64,000 nt of DNA from Octopus bimaculoides (GCF_001194135.2 NC_068983.1:138756361-138820360); one strand, 5' to 3'; numbered from the stretch's first letter, positions 37,365-51,691 are shown. Made by a program: numbers and translations. The notes: generated from the letters alone by a model not told the origin.

Positions 37365-37695
37365 TCCTTACAATTGTGCCGAATAAGCAGGGAAGACATG
37401 GTATATAACGGTGCAGTATTAGAAAAGCTGAAATAACCTTCCATGAAGAAAACACAATCCTATTGTCGAGAATCAAGTCCAAAAAGCCACCATATTTCGG
37501 ACATAAAATACGTCACGAGTCACTGACCAAAACCATCATGACAAGCGTTGTGGAAAGGAAAATGTAAAAGGTCGTTGAAGACGTCTGTCAATTTATAACA
37601 TCAAGAAATCGACTGGAAACAAGAGCTTGGCTGATTCCATGAATATAACACAGGACGGAGGAACATGGAGCGTCTTGTTAAACCGACCTCTGCCT
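37365..37695 (+). mobile_element. RTE-clade LINE 3' fragment (decayed)
   Basis: LCRISREDMVYNGAVLEK..TILLSRIKSKKPPYFGHKIRHESLTKTIMTSVVE..KGR*RR..NIKKSTG..TQD.GTWS matches the RTE C-terminal consensus (LRISW....N..VL..L..IK.RKL.YFGHI.RH..L...I.EG...G.R.RGR..W...IK.WTG..A.DR..W). Confidence 0.82.
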
Positions 37696-39609
37696 ATGAG
37701 GAGTGTGCTTGGTTAATAATACACGCAAGCACGCACACCCAGATTTATATAGAACAGCCTTTTTTTTAGGAAGGGATGGAATGCTATCTTGCATCGATTA
37801 CAGCTCCCTTGGTTGCATTTTATGCTTAAGTGAATTAAAATTGCTTCAGTTTCTCGTATAACTTTGTCATAATCTGGAATCTAGCACCAGTTCATCCTTG
37901 GTTTCTCGACCAATGTTCGCTTATATAACTTCCATTTAATATGTTCTTGATGCCTTTCCCAAGAAGGCAAGCAAACAAGCAGGCAACCAACCACCAACCA
38001 CCAACAAAACAACCAAAATCAGCTGAAACGTAATTGCAAGTATGAAATGATTAATAATAATGATGCAATGCAAATATTTATTTCATTCAACTGTAAACAA
38101 CAACTCATCCTTGTATACTAATACGGTAAGGAGTCATCTCAAATATATTCTATATTTTGTATATAATATTGTTCCAAGGCTTTCATCTTAATATTGAAAT
38201 CACATTGAATATTGTAATGAATGATGCTATTAGAAGAAGAAATATTTCAATCATTTCATCCGTATTATTTCCAAGGAACGGATGGAAATCCTTACTAATA
38301 AAGCGACATTGAAAAGAAATTATATGATGAAAATATTAGGATTTGTATATTTGCTTATTTTTCCTGATTCCATTGAAAGCAAGATAAATATATCACCGAA
38401 AGGATATGTAGTCCATGATGTAATAAGTACACATGGACAACATCATGAAACATTAATATTAATTCTTAACAGTAGGCCAATGCAACACTTTTAGCAACAT
38501 CAAATTCACTAAAATAAGACATAGTTAACCTTTAACATTATGTGAAAGCGAAATGTAAATGGATGTAACTTTGTATAGCAAGGGATTTTCTTCGACATCC
38601 TATTGAATCTGCCACTCATAGTATATTAAGCTTCCGTTATATGGGTTTTGTAGAATAGACTTTATTACAGAATTGATATGGTGAAGACAAATATATGAAG
38701 TTAGCTTTCCTTTGTATAATTGCAGAATAGCATTGTTTCGAATTTAGCACCACATGTTAAGTAGAATATTTAGTATAATTATTTTCTAATTTAGGATGAT
38801 TTCACAATATCATTCTAAGATGACGGAGAGACATTACATTTAACTACAGGCATTTAACTGCATGTGTTAGAATATAACAGCATATAAACTTCCTGAGGCA
38901 AATTGTCGATATATTATCTTACAGTAACTAATAATTATTTGCTTCTATTGCGCCATTACCTCATACTATACACAGGAATTCCTGCAGATAATTTTTATAT
39001 TAGATCATCACACATGATATACAAAATTCCATTTAATTTTCGGTCTTCAGTCTCCCTCAGGATAAATGTTTTCAGTTGTCCTGCACATCCGTTTTTGATA
39101 TTTGTTTCTAATTATAAAATACGGCTTCGTTGTGCATAATATTTGTTACACCTCAGTTGTCAACTGGATACCCAATTACGATAAAATTATCTGAAATTAT
39201 ATAAAATGGATTTACTGTTTATATTTAATGATGTGTTTGCTGTTGAAACATATTTACATTTTCTACTCGAAATCTATTCAAGGTAAAAAAATTTAATGAT
39301 TCTTTAGTTAGGAGTAAAAAGTAGTTAAAGGACAACTGTGATGCTTTTGAACCTTGTTAACAATGTTAGTGATGTGCTCCCACTGTTTCATATATCAACT
39401 TGTTATTTGTAAACAAACATAGAGGTGTTCAACATTTGATTGTAGAAAAATAAGGTAAAACATCTTTTAACATACAATATTCCATTTTGTTATAACCTTT
39501 CTCTTGTTATTTCTGAATGGAAAATAAGGTTTGTCAAAAGACATAAAAAAAGACCGAAAACATTATCTTTGCCAATTTAACTGTAGTATACAGGGTAAAG
39601 TTACTCAGA

Positions 39610-40330
39610 CATGTGCATACACGCAAAATAGACCCAAGAACGTCTTGTTAAATGGAATAGTTTGCGTTGCAGGAGGGTACTGGAAGTTACGGGAAGGAGG
39701 GTAAAGATGAACAAATATTTCCCCTTGTATTAGTGGTGGGTAACTCAGACTGTCGATAGCACTCAAGATTAAAAGTCAGTTAGTGGAATGGTGTGACTGT
39801 GTAAGTTGAAGTGCATGGTGACATACTTAGAAACATTATTAGCAACGTTATGGGCCTCTGGAAATCTTATTCTAAACGCCAACCGTATCGTCTATATACA
39901 AGGGCATGCAGACTCTCAATGCTAAACACTATTCTTGGATGAATAAAGAGTCGATTACATTAAGTGTAGTATTTGAGGCTTCGTTCAAGTTCACCTGTGA
40001 GCTATACCAGAAACATGTAACCCACTACATGTTGTATAGTGGTGTCGTGGTTGACTAAGCCAGTAATCCCACTATGTCTACTTAGTGTGGTAGGCGACTT
40101 TTTGACACTCCACAGTATGGAAAAATATGCGTCAAAGAGCTGATAAATACGGAAGTGGGAGTTATCCTTCTTTATCGTGCATGTATAGATGTTTAAAGTG
40201 TACGCAAGGACTGAATTTTCGGATGCTTGTGTGAAGAAATCCCAGCCACCGATGGTCAAGATTCAAGGGACAGAAAGCGGCATCCATCTTAGAGTAGGGT
40301 GAAATACGTACATTACGCCGGGTGTCACTT
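39610..40330 (-). mobile_element. Very decayed LINE reverse transcriptase (I/Jockey-group-like)
   Basis: Minus strand, in the expected order: KVAYHT (about KAYDT), PQ[x]TTLNVI..LF (about PQGSILSVTLF), LYIDDT (YxDD, near 39890), KTFLGLF (about KFLGLIFD, near 39635). Many stops and frameshifts. Confidence 0.45.
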
Positions 40331-43300
40331 CTCTCTCCTTGTTATATCTTCAGTCGTTTAGGTTAACTAGCTATTAGTCCAGTGACTCAGGGATGTGAGA
40401 ATGAAGCTGGTTGTCCGGTACAGACATTTCTAGCTATTACCGATGTTCATTGCAAGTTAGGACTAAATTTTTCTTGATGTCACCTACAGTGGTTCACATT
40501 TTGCTGAGATCGAGATAACATATTCATCTGCAACAATAAAATGCAAGTATGTAACTACTTACGTACTTTTGTCGCGTTACAGGCATAATTTCGGTGGAAA
40601 TCGTTACTAATCTGCGGTGTAATTTCTGCAGGGTATGAGGGTAGCGTAATGGGAATAATCGAGAAAGAAGGATGGATATACATTATTTCAAATTAGTAGA
40701 TTTGTGATTTTGTAGATAAAGTGACAAGTATGGCATCAGGGGCAGCAGCAAGTAGAAGATCGAGACTGGTAGACGTTAATGACAAGGAAATCAAATAGAT
40801 ATTTGTGATTTTAGCTGGGGAATTCTTCTGAGTTGTAAGGTGCTTTACTTACACATTTAGAATAAAACCCACCATTATTTTGGTTATAGAGACTTGTTTA
40901 AATGTCGCTATCTATTTTGAAAAACTTATACCATATAGTTCTTATGTTTTAGCGTGTTAGTGATGTATACTTAAGTACTGAGATATTTAATAGGTATTCG
41001 TATTGAACTAGCAGCCAACGCATTTATCTAAAAGTTGGTGCAAACATAATTCTTCACATTCAATTGAAAGTTTATCTCTCATTGTGCACCATAGACTCAA
41101 GATGGACATTGAATATATAACATTGAAAATAATATATAATTAAATAGACAACATTGAAAACATAAATATATATAAATCTACTAAGGAGAGATTATTATAT
41201 TTCATTTCTTTTTTTCTTCCTGTCTATGATATCACTATTCATAGCTTCTTATTTAAAGAATTCCTGTACATAGAAACTTTCGAAGTAATATAATGCAGCA
41301 TATAAATGCTTTATTTGCTTAAGCTCTGAGACTGCTTAATATCAATCACTTTACTTCGTGAATAAATTTCAAATAAGGTGCCACGCCAGCCAAATGATAA
41401 TAGATTATATTTCACTATACTCTATACAAATCTACTAAAAGAAACCATTTAACAGTTATTTGTGAGGTAGAGGTGATCAGTGTGAAAAATTTCAAAAAGT
41501 AAACACTTTCAGAGGAGATTGATAAAGGTATGTTTTGAATAGTATTGAATAATTTGGTTTGCGTGCAATCTAATAGCTTAGGAAAGTTGTCTAACAGTTG
41601 AAGAGTGATTGGTTCGTATCATGTTTTTGTATGTTTCCAATGCGAAATGGTATCTTATATGTCGATGCATCAATTTATTTGTTGCTACTGTTTAGCATCT
41701 TGTGATCCCTGATAAAGTAGCACTAAACCGTTAATCAACACGTAATTAGCTATGACTAACCTCGCTTGTAATGGCTATTATTATTGTTTCATGTGTGACT
41801 TTCCGATTTAAAATGGACAATTATGATTAGAAGATTTGACTCCAATTTCTCGCCTGTCAGGCGACGACTTATCATTTCTATCGCTCTGACGTGTTTCGTA
41901 CAATGTGTGGAATCAGATATTGGGAAAATGAACATCAATATGACAGATCCTCTTCTTTGACAAATATATTGGTAGATTACCTTTCTGAATATGAATTTCC
42001 CCTGTTATGTTTATTGCTAATAAAGAAAAACAAGTTATTTCAAAAGTGATATATTAATCTTGTTCAAGCAAGCTCGACTAGATCATGATAGTGATCTGAA
42101 ACACATCCAGTCATCTGAGATTTCGCAAGCAAATGGAAGACAAAACTTCCTGTAAGTGACCTTACAATTTAAAAGAAAAGATAACGAACTTAGGAGAAAA
42201 TCTTTTTAAAAGCAACGTAAGTTTCAGTATTGTTCGAGATCCATGGTGAAGCATATCGTGTTCAGTCAGCAAGGCATAGAGTGCTCTTCCTCTGTCTGTC
42301 TGTCTGTCTCTATCTATCTATCCTTATGCATGCATATGTGCATGCACACGTACACACACACACACACACACGTTAATATACATGCACACTTACACACACA
42401 TGTATATGTATATACATGTGTATAGATGTATACACTGCCCCCTCCACAAGATATATATATATATATATATTATATGTATATATGCATGCATATATTGGGG
42501 ATGTAGTTGCGCTAATTAATAATATTAACGAAAATACCTCAGAGATTTCTGCATATCAAATACATATAGATTAAAGTCTCTTATATTTGATATATGAAAA
42601 TGAAAAATGTAAATGAACTAAAATTAAGGATGCAAACATTAGGCACAATTTCCCTATGGATGTGCTTAAAATAGAAGCGCAAAAAAGGGATATAAATCTA
42701 CGATCACTTCGTTTTATGAGAATTATGTTCATTGTGTATTATCGATTGTGACTGATAGATCTACTTCCATCGATGTTGCCTATATTAGGAAAAAATTCGA
42801 TAAATTCGTTATATTGGATATAACTATACAAGTTATATTGTATATTGTTTATAACTATACCACTCGCTTGTTATTTTGTTGGATTTTAAACATCTCTGGA
42901 GAAAATGCTTGTCACTTATTAATTTGGATAATCCAACTGAGCTTATTTATTTTCTTTAATTTTACCATACTTTGCATTTAACCTCCTACTGCGTTCATAT
43001 GTACAAGACAAGGCATTGAAGTAATGTATTTTCCCTCACCGAGACATTCGTTCTGTAGATATTCCGTGATACAAAAACTACATAACGAACACAACCGTAC
43101 AACTCAGGTCAAGAAAATCACGGGCAATAGTGGTTTTCATATGTTACTTTGTATTTTTTTGTCCATCAAAATAACTCGAAGAAAGAGAGGGTAAATAATC
43201 TCGTTACCATATTAATATTATGAGGAGAATATGGTCAGAAATGCGGGAAATATCAAGAAGTCCTATTCTAATATGCATTTAAATTGTATCGAGCTAAAAT

Positions 43301-44652
43301 ATAACCGAAATAAGAGTTTCATCAGCTCAGTTTACTTAGCTGCAAATATGAGTATCTTTGTGCAAAAAACGGACCTCCAGTAACTCTGTAAACTCCATGG
43401 CTGTTTCTTTAAAATGCAGTACTTCGTTCAAATCTGTTTTTTTTCTTTTCAGGGTTGCTCTGATAATTATATACGCCATTAATCTGAAACGTTCTATGTC
43501 AAGGAGACAACCAAAGCTATGTGGCTCTACAGATTAATGCGTTAAAGAAATTAACCGGAAAAAAACAACGTCTCTACCTCTACTATGCCGTTTAAGCTCG
43601 AATATGTTTCAGTTATTTAATAATATTCCACAATTCTTGCTGCCACCTGCAAATTTTAATTTATTTATTTATTATGTATTTTTATATTAATTGATGTTTG
43701 TAGGATATATTTTTTGTCTCTCAGACTTACGTTTATTTTTGTTCATAAACTGATATCTATACTGATATTTATATATCAGAGCAAAAATTGATATATAGCT
43801 ATTTCACTTTTGAATTTTGGTGATAATAAGCCATGACTAGAATACAATATCCTGTGTTCTTCCTCTGCATGGTATAGCAGGCTATATTTTCTCCATTAAT
43901 CTTTTTCAGTCGTGTCGAAACTCTTCTAAAGAAATGTATGAAACAAAACCTAAAAAAACAACCACTCCCACATACATACCGAAGCAAAGAGCAAAAATAA
44001 AACAATCAGAAATTACAGTTTCATACAATTATTGATTCGAAATATATATTTAAGCATCGTTGACTTTTGATAAAATCAATATTTAATTCATAATCGAATG
44101 TGGAGCCCATTTATATGGTAAGCGTATTTCTACTTATACATATATTTATAGTTATATTCATGTGTATCTCGATTGCTTCGATCTCTCAGTTAGAAACAAA
44201 CGAATATATTCCTTTTAAATGCTGTTAGATAATTTCTATGGACCTATTTGAAACCAAATGAATATACACCCAACATTCTAGATGATAGATAGAATGTAAA
44301 TCAAAACGATTTCCTTATTGGAAAAAAATATAATCTATCATTTCATCAAATTGAAGTGTGAGTGTGTGTGTGTGAGATTCTGAGCGTATGAGTGAGTATG
44401 AACGTACGTGTATGAGGGGCAGAACACGTGGGAGTGTATTTGTGTATATATGGGGTTAAGAGCTAGTCAGTGTTTGCTTACCGGAGTAGCTAAGTTTATT
44501 ATGTCTGTGGAATAAAAAAACACACACGCGCACACACATAAACACACAGAGACACATACACAAACACCTCCCACACATACATGTACATCGAGGCATACAT
44601 ACGTACACTAAAGTATGTATACGTTTATGAGAGAGTGTAAAATATAAATGCA

Positions 44653-44701
<49 letters not shown>

Positions 44702-45402
44702 NNNNNNNNNNNNNNNNNNNNNNNNNNNNNNNNNNNNNNNNNNNNNNNNNNNNNNNNNNNNNNNNNNNNNNNNNNNNNNNNNNNNNNNNNNNNNNNNNNN
44801 NNNNNNNNNNNNNNNNNNNNNNNNNNNNNNNNNNNNNNNNNNNNNNNNNNNNNNNNNNNNNNNNNNNNNNNNNNNNNNNNNNNNNNNNNNNNNNNNNNNN
44901 NNNNNNNNNNNNNNNNNNNNNNNNNNNNNNNNNNNNNNNNNNNNNNNNNNNNNNNNNNNNNNNNNNNNNNNNNNNNNNNNNNNNNNNNNNNNNNNNNNNN
45001 NNNNNNNNNNNNNNNNNNNNNNNNNNNNNNNNNNNNNNNNNNNNNNNNNNNNNNNNNNNNNNNNNNNNNNNNNNNNNNNNNNNNNNNNNNNNNNNNNNNN
45101 NNNNNNNNNNNNNNNNNNNNNNNNNNNNNNNNNNNNNNNNNNNNNNNNNNNNNNNNNNNNNNNNNNNNNNNNNNNNNNNNNNNNNNNNNNNNNNNNNNNN
45201 NNNNNNNNNNNNNNNNNNNNNNNNNNNNNNNNNNNNNNNNNNNNNNNNNNNNNNNNNNNNNNNNNNNNNNNNNNNNNNNNNNNNNNNNNNNNNNNNNNNN
45301 NNNNNNNNNNNNNNNNNNNNNNNNNNNNNNNNNNNNNNNNNNNNNNNNNNNNNNNNNNNNNNNNNNNNNNNNNNNNNNNNNNNNNNNNNNNNNNNNNNNN
45401 NN

Positions 45403-45441
<39 letters not shown>

Positions 45442-47345
45442 GTTGATATGGATATACGTACATTCATATACATATATACAAATGTTGATATGTATATACG
45501 TATATTCGTATATATATATATGTGTATGCGTTCGTGTATGAATGTATATTTGCGTACATCAAAGCTTCATCCAAAAACAAAAAATTCATCTTAAACGCAA
45601 CACAATGAAATCTATTGACATATTTTTTTAAATACTTTTGATGAATTTATATTCCTATGTAATATACATGTGCGCATGTGTTTGCGACCATGTGTGTTGA
45701 CATCTGCGCACACATATATATAAATGTATACAGGAGATTTTTATATGAAAACACATTCTAATTTGGGTCTTTGAAAATATTTTTCTGAAAGTGCATTTTG
45801 TTCTGCATATTGTGGCAATACCCCATATTTCATGTTAATAATGTCTTTTTTATTTGTGAATAAGGCTCACGCTTGGACGCTTAAAGTGCTGAATTTGCTT
45901 AATGTCTAATTTAAGTGGAGAGAAAAACCTGATACTTTCTTACGCTTTAGTAAACATGTTAATGAGTGAATGGAGTTAGGCATATGAACCGATTTTGCGT
46001 CATACTTATTCATTATTCGCTCTACTTGTATCTCTTATGAAGGTATATAGGTACATGGAATGTAACAAATGAGCTTAAAACTGACTGAATTGTTTTTGTC
46101 ATTTAACATATTAGAATCAAATATAAAATTTATATAAGTTTCTTTTGCCATCAAGAGACGTTGTAAATTAATAATAACCACACTTTTAATATTATGAAAG
46201 TTCTCAAAATCTGATATTCACATTTTGATATATTTCGATATCTGTCTTGTGAATATATATTTAATCCTTCCATACTCTATCTCTATATGCATACACGTAC
46301 ATACATATAGATGTATGCATGCATCATTATATGAGGATACATACCTTAATATTCTAAGAATTTCGATTCACAACAGTGTCGTTTTAAACATGAAAATGTA
46401 CTATGTATTCTTTCTTCATTCAATATTGTTGTGTTAGTAATTTCATTACAATTCTCAAGCTAACAAAGACATGCATAATACATATACTCTCTTCTGAGTG
46501 TTTTCCATTATTTTCTTTTTCATACCTTTATAGGTTGTTCAAAGTCGGCAACATTTAGAGTAGTTTTACGTGACTGTGACGAGAGTTGCATATAGTTACA
46601 ATCTACAACTTATTTGAAATGCTCTTTTACGAACAATACTAATGTGCATGAAATAAAAAGAGACCGTAGTCATACTGTAAACTGTATCATGACAATGTAC
46701 CCATGTTTTCATCAACGTGATACTGATATCACACTGAAGTTTCAGATGTGTTATTCCTTATCGAGTATAGCTTAACTCTATCAACTGCAATGCCTGCCAA
46801 TGCCATTATTGCTCCACAGAGAATGTGCCAACGCCTTTAGATGTCACTCAAGAGTTTCTTTATCCAATGTGTGTATCCTAGACGTTGACAGTGCGATCGG
46901 TTTCCTGACAAATTAGAAGGGGACCGTGAAGAGGCGATTTCAGAGCGTATTTTCCCTCCTTCTCAATTATCTCCCCGTTCTACATATTGATTCCTCTTTG
47001 CTAAGGTACTGTGTTCTGCTTTCAGATTTTATCCAGATCTTTCCCAGGCTTTGAATCTCAAAATTTGATTCTGATACAGTCTTCATTTGTTGTTTTTAGA
47101 TTAATTTTCTTCCTCCTTATGTATCTCATGCTGTCGCCTTGATTTATAGGGTATTTTAATTCTTAGCAAGTCTACTCAAACGACAGCCCTACAAAATGCA
47201 TAAAAATATCACCAAAGGTAGTTAGTTTCTGCACAAAAGTGCCCCTTCCTTTTATCTCATCCACTTTGTGAAGTAACACTTCGTTTATTCCCGCACTTTC
47301 TGTTTTTGAGCTTGCGAGTTTTAAATTGAGCTTCTGCATATGTTA

Positions 47346-49137
47346 TCAAAGTTCATTTTCATCAGCAGTATGAATGTCATTAGCACTGTCGTATGGCACC
47401 TGGTCATTATCGGCCGACTTCTTCGTACAAAAGTGCGCTGCTACAATTAAATTAGAGCTTTAAAACTCCTATATTTTCTCCTGTCAATTTTCATGCCCAT
47501 TCATTTCACAGGCGCCTAAGATTACTAGTTGCTATTTACTTACGCCCCAGTGTGCATATCCAAGTGAAATACGAATGTCGTTTTGGATGCAACTGTCAGT
47601 TACTCTTCCAGTTGACGCTGAGAGCAGTTATTTATTTCTCTCAGTTTGATGGCGTTGAAGAAAGGGAAGGATGTGGAGCAGATACTCATCAAGTCTCGCC
47701 CATATCACTTCCGAGTTATTCCCTGGATCTCAATGATGATATATATCCATATACTATATAAAGTCAAGATGAACTTACATGTACCACACTTCGGTAATAC
47801 ATGGCCGTAACTTCGAAATCACAGTCAATACTATTTTTATTATAGAATGATACATATATGTATATATGTTCTTTTTTTCTTTTACTTATTTCTGTCATCT
47901 GACTATGGCCATGCTGGAGTATCGCCTGTAATCGAACAAATCGACCTCTGGACTTATTCTTTGTAAGCCTAATACTTATTCTATCGATATCTATTACCGG
48001 ACAGCCAAGTTATGGAGATAAAAACACACCAGCATCCGTTGTCAAGCGATGGTGGGGTAAGAAATACATACATAAAAATACACANNNNNNNNNNATATAT
48101 ATATACGACGGGCTTCTTTAAGTTTCCGTCAACCAAATCGACTTACAAGGCTTTGGTCAGCCGGAGGCTATAGTAGAAGACGCTTGCCCAAGTTGCCACA
48201 CGGTGGAACTGAACCCGGAACCATGTGGTTGGGAAGTAAGCTTCTTACCACACAGTCACGCGTGTAGAAATGAGTTAGCAGAACATTCCACTGTTACATA
48301 TATGTTCCTACACGTAAGTTAGACATGCGATATATTGGCATGGCACTCTATAAATTTCAAATGAAATTATGCGTCAAATGTTTTAGGTAAGTCTATTCTC
48401 TTGTTCTATATTTGAGAGATGGGGAATTATGTACATTATGTACATAACTGAATTTCTTTTGTCTATGTCTTTTTTTTTTTTTGCAATAGCTAGAAAAAAA
48501 ACACTCATTACAATGTTAAATAATTACGAGGACATGACTGCTGACCCACCGTAGCACTGGTCAAGTGCATGTTATAATTATAGGTCGCTGGAAACGGCAA
48601 TAAAAATAAAAACAAAGGATTAGCGATAAACGTGTACGAAAAACAACTTTCCGAGACCGTAAAAAAAGAAAAAATAAATAAATAAAATAAACAAATAATG
48701 ATCTTGGCGGAAATCTTACCTTCTCAATAAAAAGCCTGAAATCCAATATGACATAATAAAACAATAATTGGTTATAATTTTCTAATGTAATTCTCTATAG
48801 AAAAATATATTTTCCTTAACGGAACGAATCTGGGATGCAATTTCGCATCCTAGGCTAAAGTAAAGTTTACTTACAGCATTACTTTTTGAAGCTTGAGATG
48901 TGTTACATTTACTTCCAATACTAAGCATGCGAGGCTGTCATAAACTCAATTGTGTTCACTACTAGGGTCGGGTCACTAAGACGAGCAATTTGAAAGTCAG
49001 TTTGTTTGACTCCATAGGAACTAAGCCATGTAGTTTGGGACTGAAATCACTTGGATTAGTTCGTACCCTGGCACCTGCGGCAGCGTCACAATACAAGCCA
49101 TTATTTCTCTGATCGACGTTCCAGCATACTATCCATC
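47346..49137 (-). CDS. Speculative 3' exons of an unidentified gene (49075-49137, 48528-48587, 47346-47440)
   Basis: Good acceptors on the first two exons (tttgtcgcaaatttcag, tttttattgccgtttccag) and a weaker one on the third (taatttaattgtag). All are phase 1 and give GWIVCWNVDQRNNGLYCDAAAATYNYNMHLTSATVGQQSCPPAHFCTKKSADNDQVPYDSANDIHTADENEL*, with AATAAA at 47284-47289. The first donor (gcag|gtgcca) is weak, and alternative phasing via 48875-48934 exists. Confidence 0.28.
47875..48262 (-). mobile_element. SINE family A, full-length diverged copy with tRNA-like head
   Basis: A-box-like tgactgtgtggt (48247-48258) and B-box gggttcagttcc (48205-48216) on the minus strand, then core, microsatellite and tail. 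Confidence 0.93.
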
Positions 49138-49680
49138 CTGAAATTTGCGACAAAATATAAATTTTTTGTTGTTGTTGTTCTTTAACCGAAACTATATTTT
49201 TGAAACAAACATGTTCCGTCAGATGCAGTGACTTAACATCATGATTTATCTTGACAGTTCTAAAGAGACAGAATGATTTATGTCCACTGATTATATAGTG
49301 TATTTGTTATATGATTGTTTGTTTGTGATTCTAACCTGTCTTCTAACATATTCAATACAGATTTTTAACTGTAGAATTGATACATCTTAATAATATTCAT
49401 GACATCGTATTTTCCCAAATGTAAATGTAATCCGATTTTGATTCCTTGTAGGGAATTATTTATGTAGGTTGCATAGTTATCGCTAGGTAATATTCAGAAA
49501 AGAAGGAGGCCGACTTTGTATATTCATAAATTGTTAGACGTCTCACGTCTCTGTCAATTCAATCATTGTGCCTCCATATAAACACTCACACATACATAAA
49601 AACACATATACGTTGACAAACACACGACCACGCACATATTCATACATATACACATGCGCGTAAACACGCACTCAAACACA

Positions 49681-49750
<70 letters not shown>

Positions 49751-50187
49751 TATTTCCATACACATATAGAAATACACATATATATATAGAGAGAGAAAGA
49801 GAGAGACGTTTATGTTTTCGAAGAGTAGCCAATATATGAAGCATAATATATGTGTGTGTGTTTTGTATTTGTATGTATATAGTGATACAATCCATTGCTA
49901 TTCGAAGTTTCAGATATTCGAAGTCTTCGGTGAGAAGATTTATATCATGTCATGGGTGAAGGTTTCTTTTCGTACAACGTTTCCATTTTTATTTATAACT
50001 TTTTATTCAAAATTATACACATCGTAACTAACTACGAATGCGCAGAATTTCTCAATTGATCTCCGTAGAACTGCATTTTGTAATAGCCATTCACTATAAT
50101 AGATTTTATTATAGTAGTGCAGCACAAAATAGACCTAACGTGTAAAATATTCAACCACAGGACCTACATTCGGTAGGAGAATAGACT

Positions 50188-50345
50188 TATTTACATTATT
50201 TACAGTGATGGTTATTTGTCCTCATCTTGATTGTAGTTAACATAACATTTCGGCTAATTTACTCTCCAGCCTTTATCAGTTGTGCTGGTGTGCTGAATTT
50301 CGAACCTGGGTTCTCATTGCTAACGTATTTTTCTGATGTTCGCTA
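50188..50345 (-). mobile_element. Short repeat-like element containing a degenerate minimal hammerhead (50239-50286)
   Basis: Minus strand gcacaa-CTGATAA-a-GGCTG(gagagtaaat)TAGCC-GAAA-T-GTT-atgtt; the block ends in an aataatgtaaataa-type tail. Confidence 0.5.
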
Positions 50346-51420
50346 TGCGTATAAATATTTCATAGAAAATTATCATTGATTTTAGAATTGGATAGTGAAA
50401 TCTTTACTCTATAACACTGAATTGAAGTTTTGTAATAACTTCGTTTTCCTTCTATGTATACGATTTAAAAGAAGTTGATATAAGAGGATGTGTTGGTTAA
50501 ACCGTTTCAAACACATTACAGAAAATAATATTAACAAAATTACTAAAACAATGTAGTATTAATGTCTATATGGTTTGGTGCATTTTCGACAGATTTATCG
50601 GTCTATTATATTTACGTCGAGAATATTTGAGTTGAATAATACTGCATTTCCTGGTGATTCGGCCAGGAAATGAAATGCGACGCACCTATTATACATCCCG
50701 ATTTTTTTCTATTATGCAGATGCACAACAAAATATTATATATATTTATATACTAACGAAGTACTAGTACTTTAATGTTCGACGGATAATGGGAACACGTG
50801 AAAATTAAGACTCAACGAGGTTTTCGTCTGTTCAGTTCTAAATATTACACGAAGTAGCCACACGAACCATTGTTAAGGTGTGGATGTTACATTCCTCAAC
50901 TGATATGAATGAATAAAATTATCTTAGAAAGAATTCTTTAGTATTTATTGATTAACTTTATTAATCAGTTTTAGAATCTTGTATAATATGGGAAACTATT
51001 TATCACCAATGTGGGTAGAGCATTGAATATTACCCAACATAAAAAATAATATAACGTTGTTACACGTCAAGTATTTGATTTTAACCAGGAATAATTTTCA
51101 ACGGATGGAATTAAATTCTGCAGAAAGATTCAGTTTATTGGTTAAAAATGAGTTTCTAATCAAGCTTTGTTTTCATGTTCTCCAAAACTGTAGATAGTAT
51201 AGGCAGTAAACATTTCAAAATTGGAAACTTTTAAATTCAACCGTGTTCGGTTTTCAGGGCATAATAAATTAATTTAAAATTTCAAGAAGTTGATGACATG
51301 TACTTTTGGAAGACAATTTAAAACCTACGGTGTATAAATATTTAAGAGGAAGAGAAGATACATGTATTTTCTATGTATACATCTATGTATACATAGATAG
51401 ATAGACAGATAGATAGATAA

Positions 51421-51532
51421 TCAAAGGACATACAAAGTATGTCTTCCTGCTTCAAATCACAGTGAAAACTCTTATAATCGTATTGACCTCTATTTCCAGT
51501 AGGTAGACATACATACTTTGTATGTCCTTTGA
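51421..51532. repeat. Perfect 22-bp inverted repeat with 68-nt spacer
   Basis: tcaaaggacatacaaagtatgt (51421-51442) versus acatactttgtatgtcctttga (51511-51532), no mismatches. Confidence 0.95.
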
Positions 51533-51691
51533 GCAATTTTAATCCCTCCGCTATTTAATGCTTCTTGGGCCTGCAATCACCTATATAATTGACTCTGTTA
51601 TTATTACTTTTAATTGTTACACGAGATAATAATAGAGTCAATAATATCTTCGAAAATATTTCTCCTGAATCTTTTGCTCCGTATTATATAC

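Noticed and set aside
38282-38494. 70-aa ORF with signal-peptide-like MMKILGFVYLLIFPDSIES
   Set aside because: Hydrophobicity follows from AT-rich codons; no homology or supported downstream exon.
41880-41925. Minus-strand CTGATTC...GAAACACGTC
   Set aside because: G8 and A9 are both wrong, and stems I and II do not pair.
48195-48262. tRNA-like A/B boxes
   Set aside because: SINE head, not a tRNA gene: no complete cloverleaf, and it continues into the SINE core.
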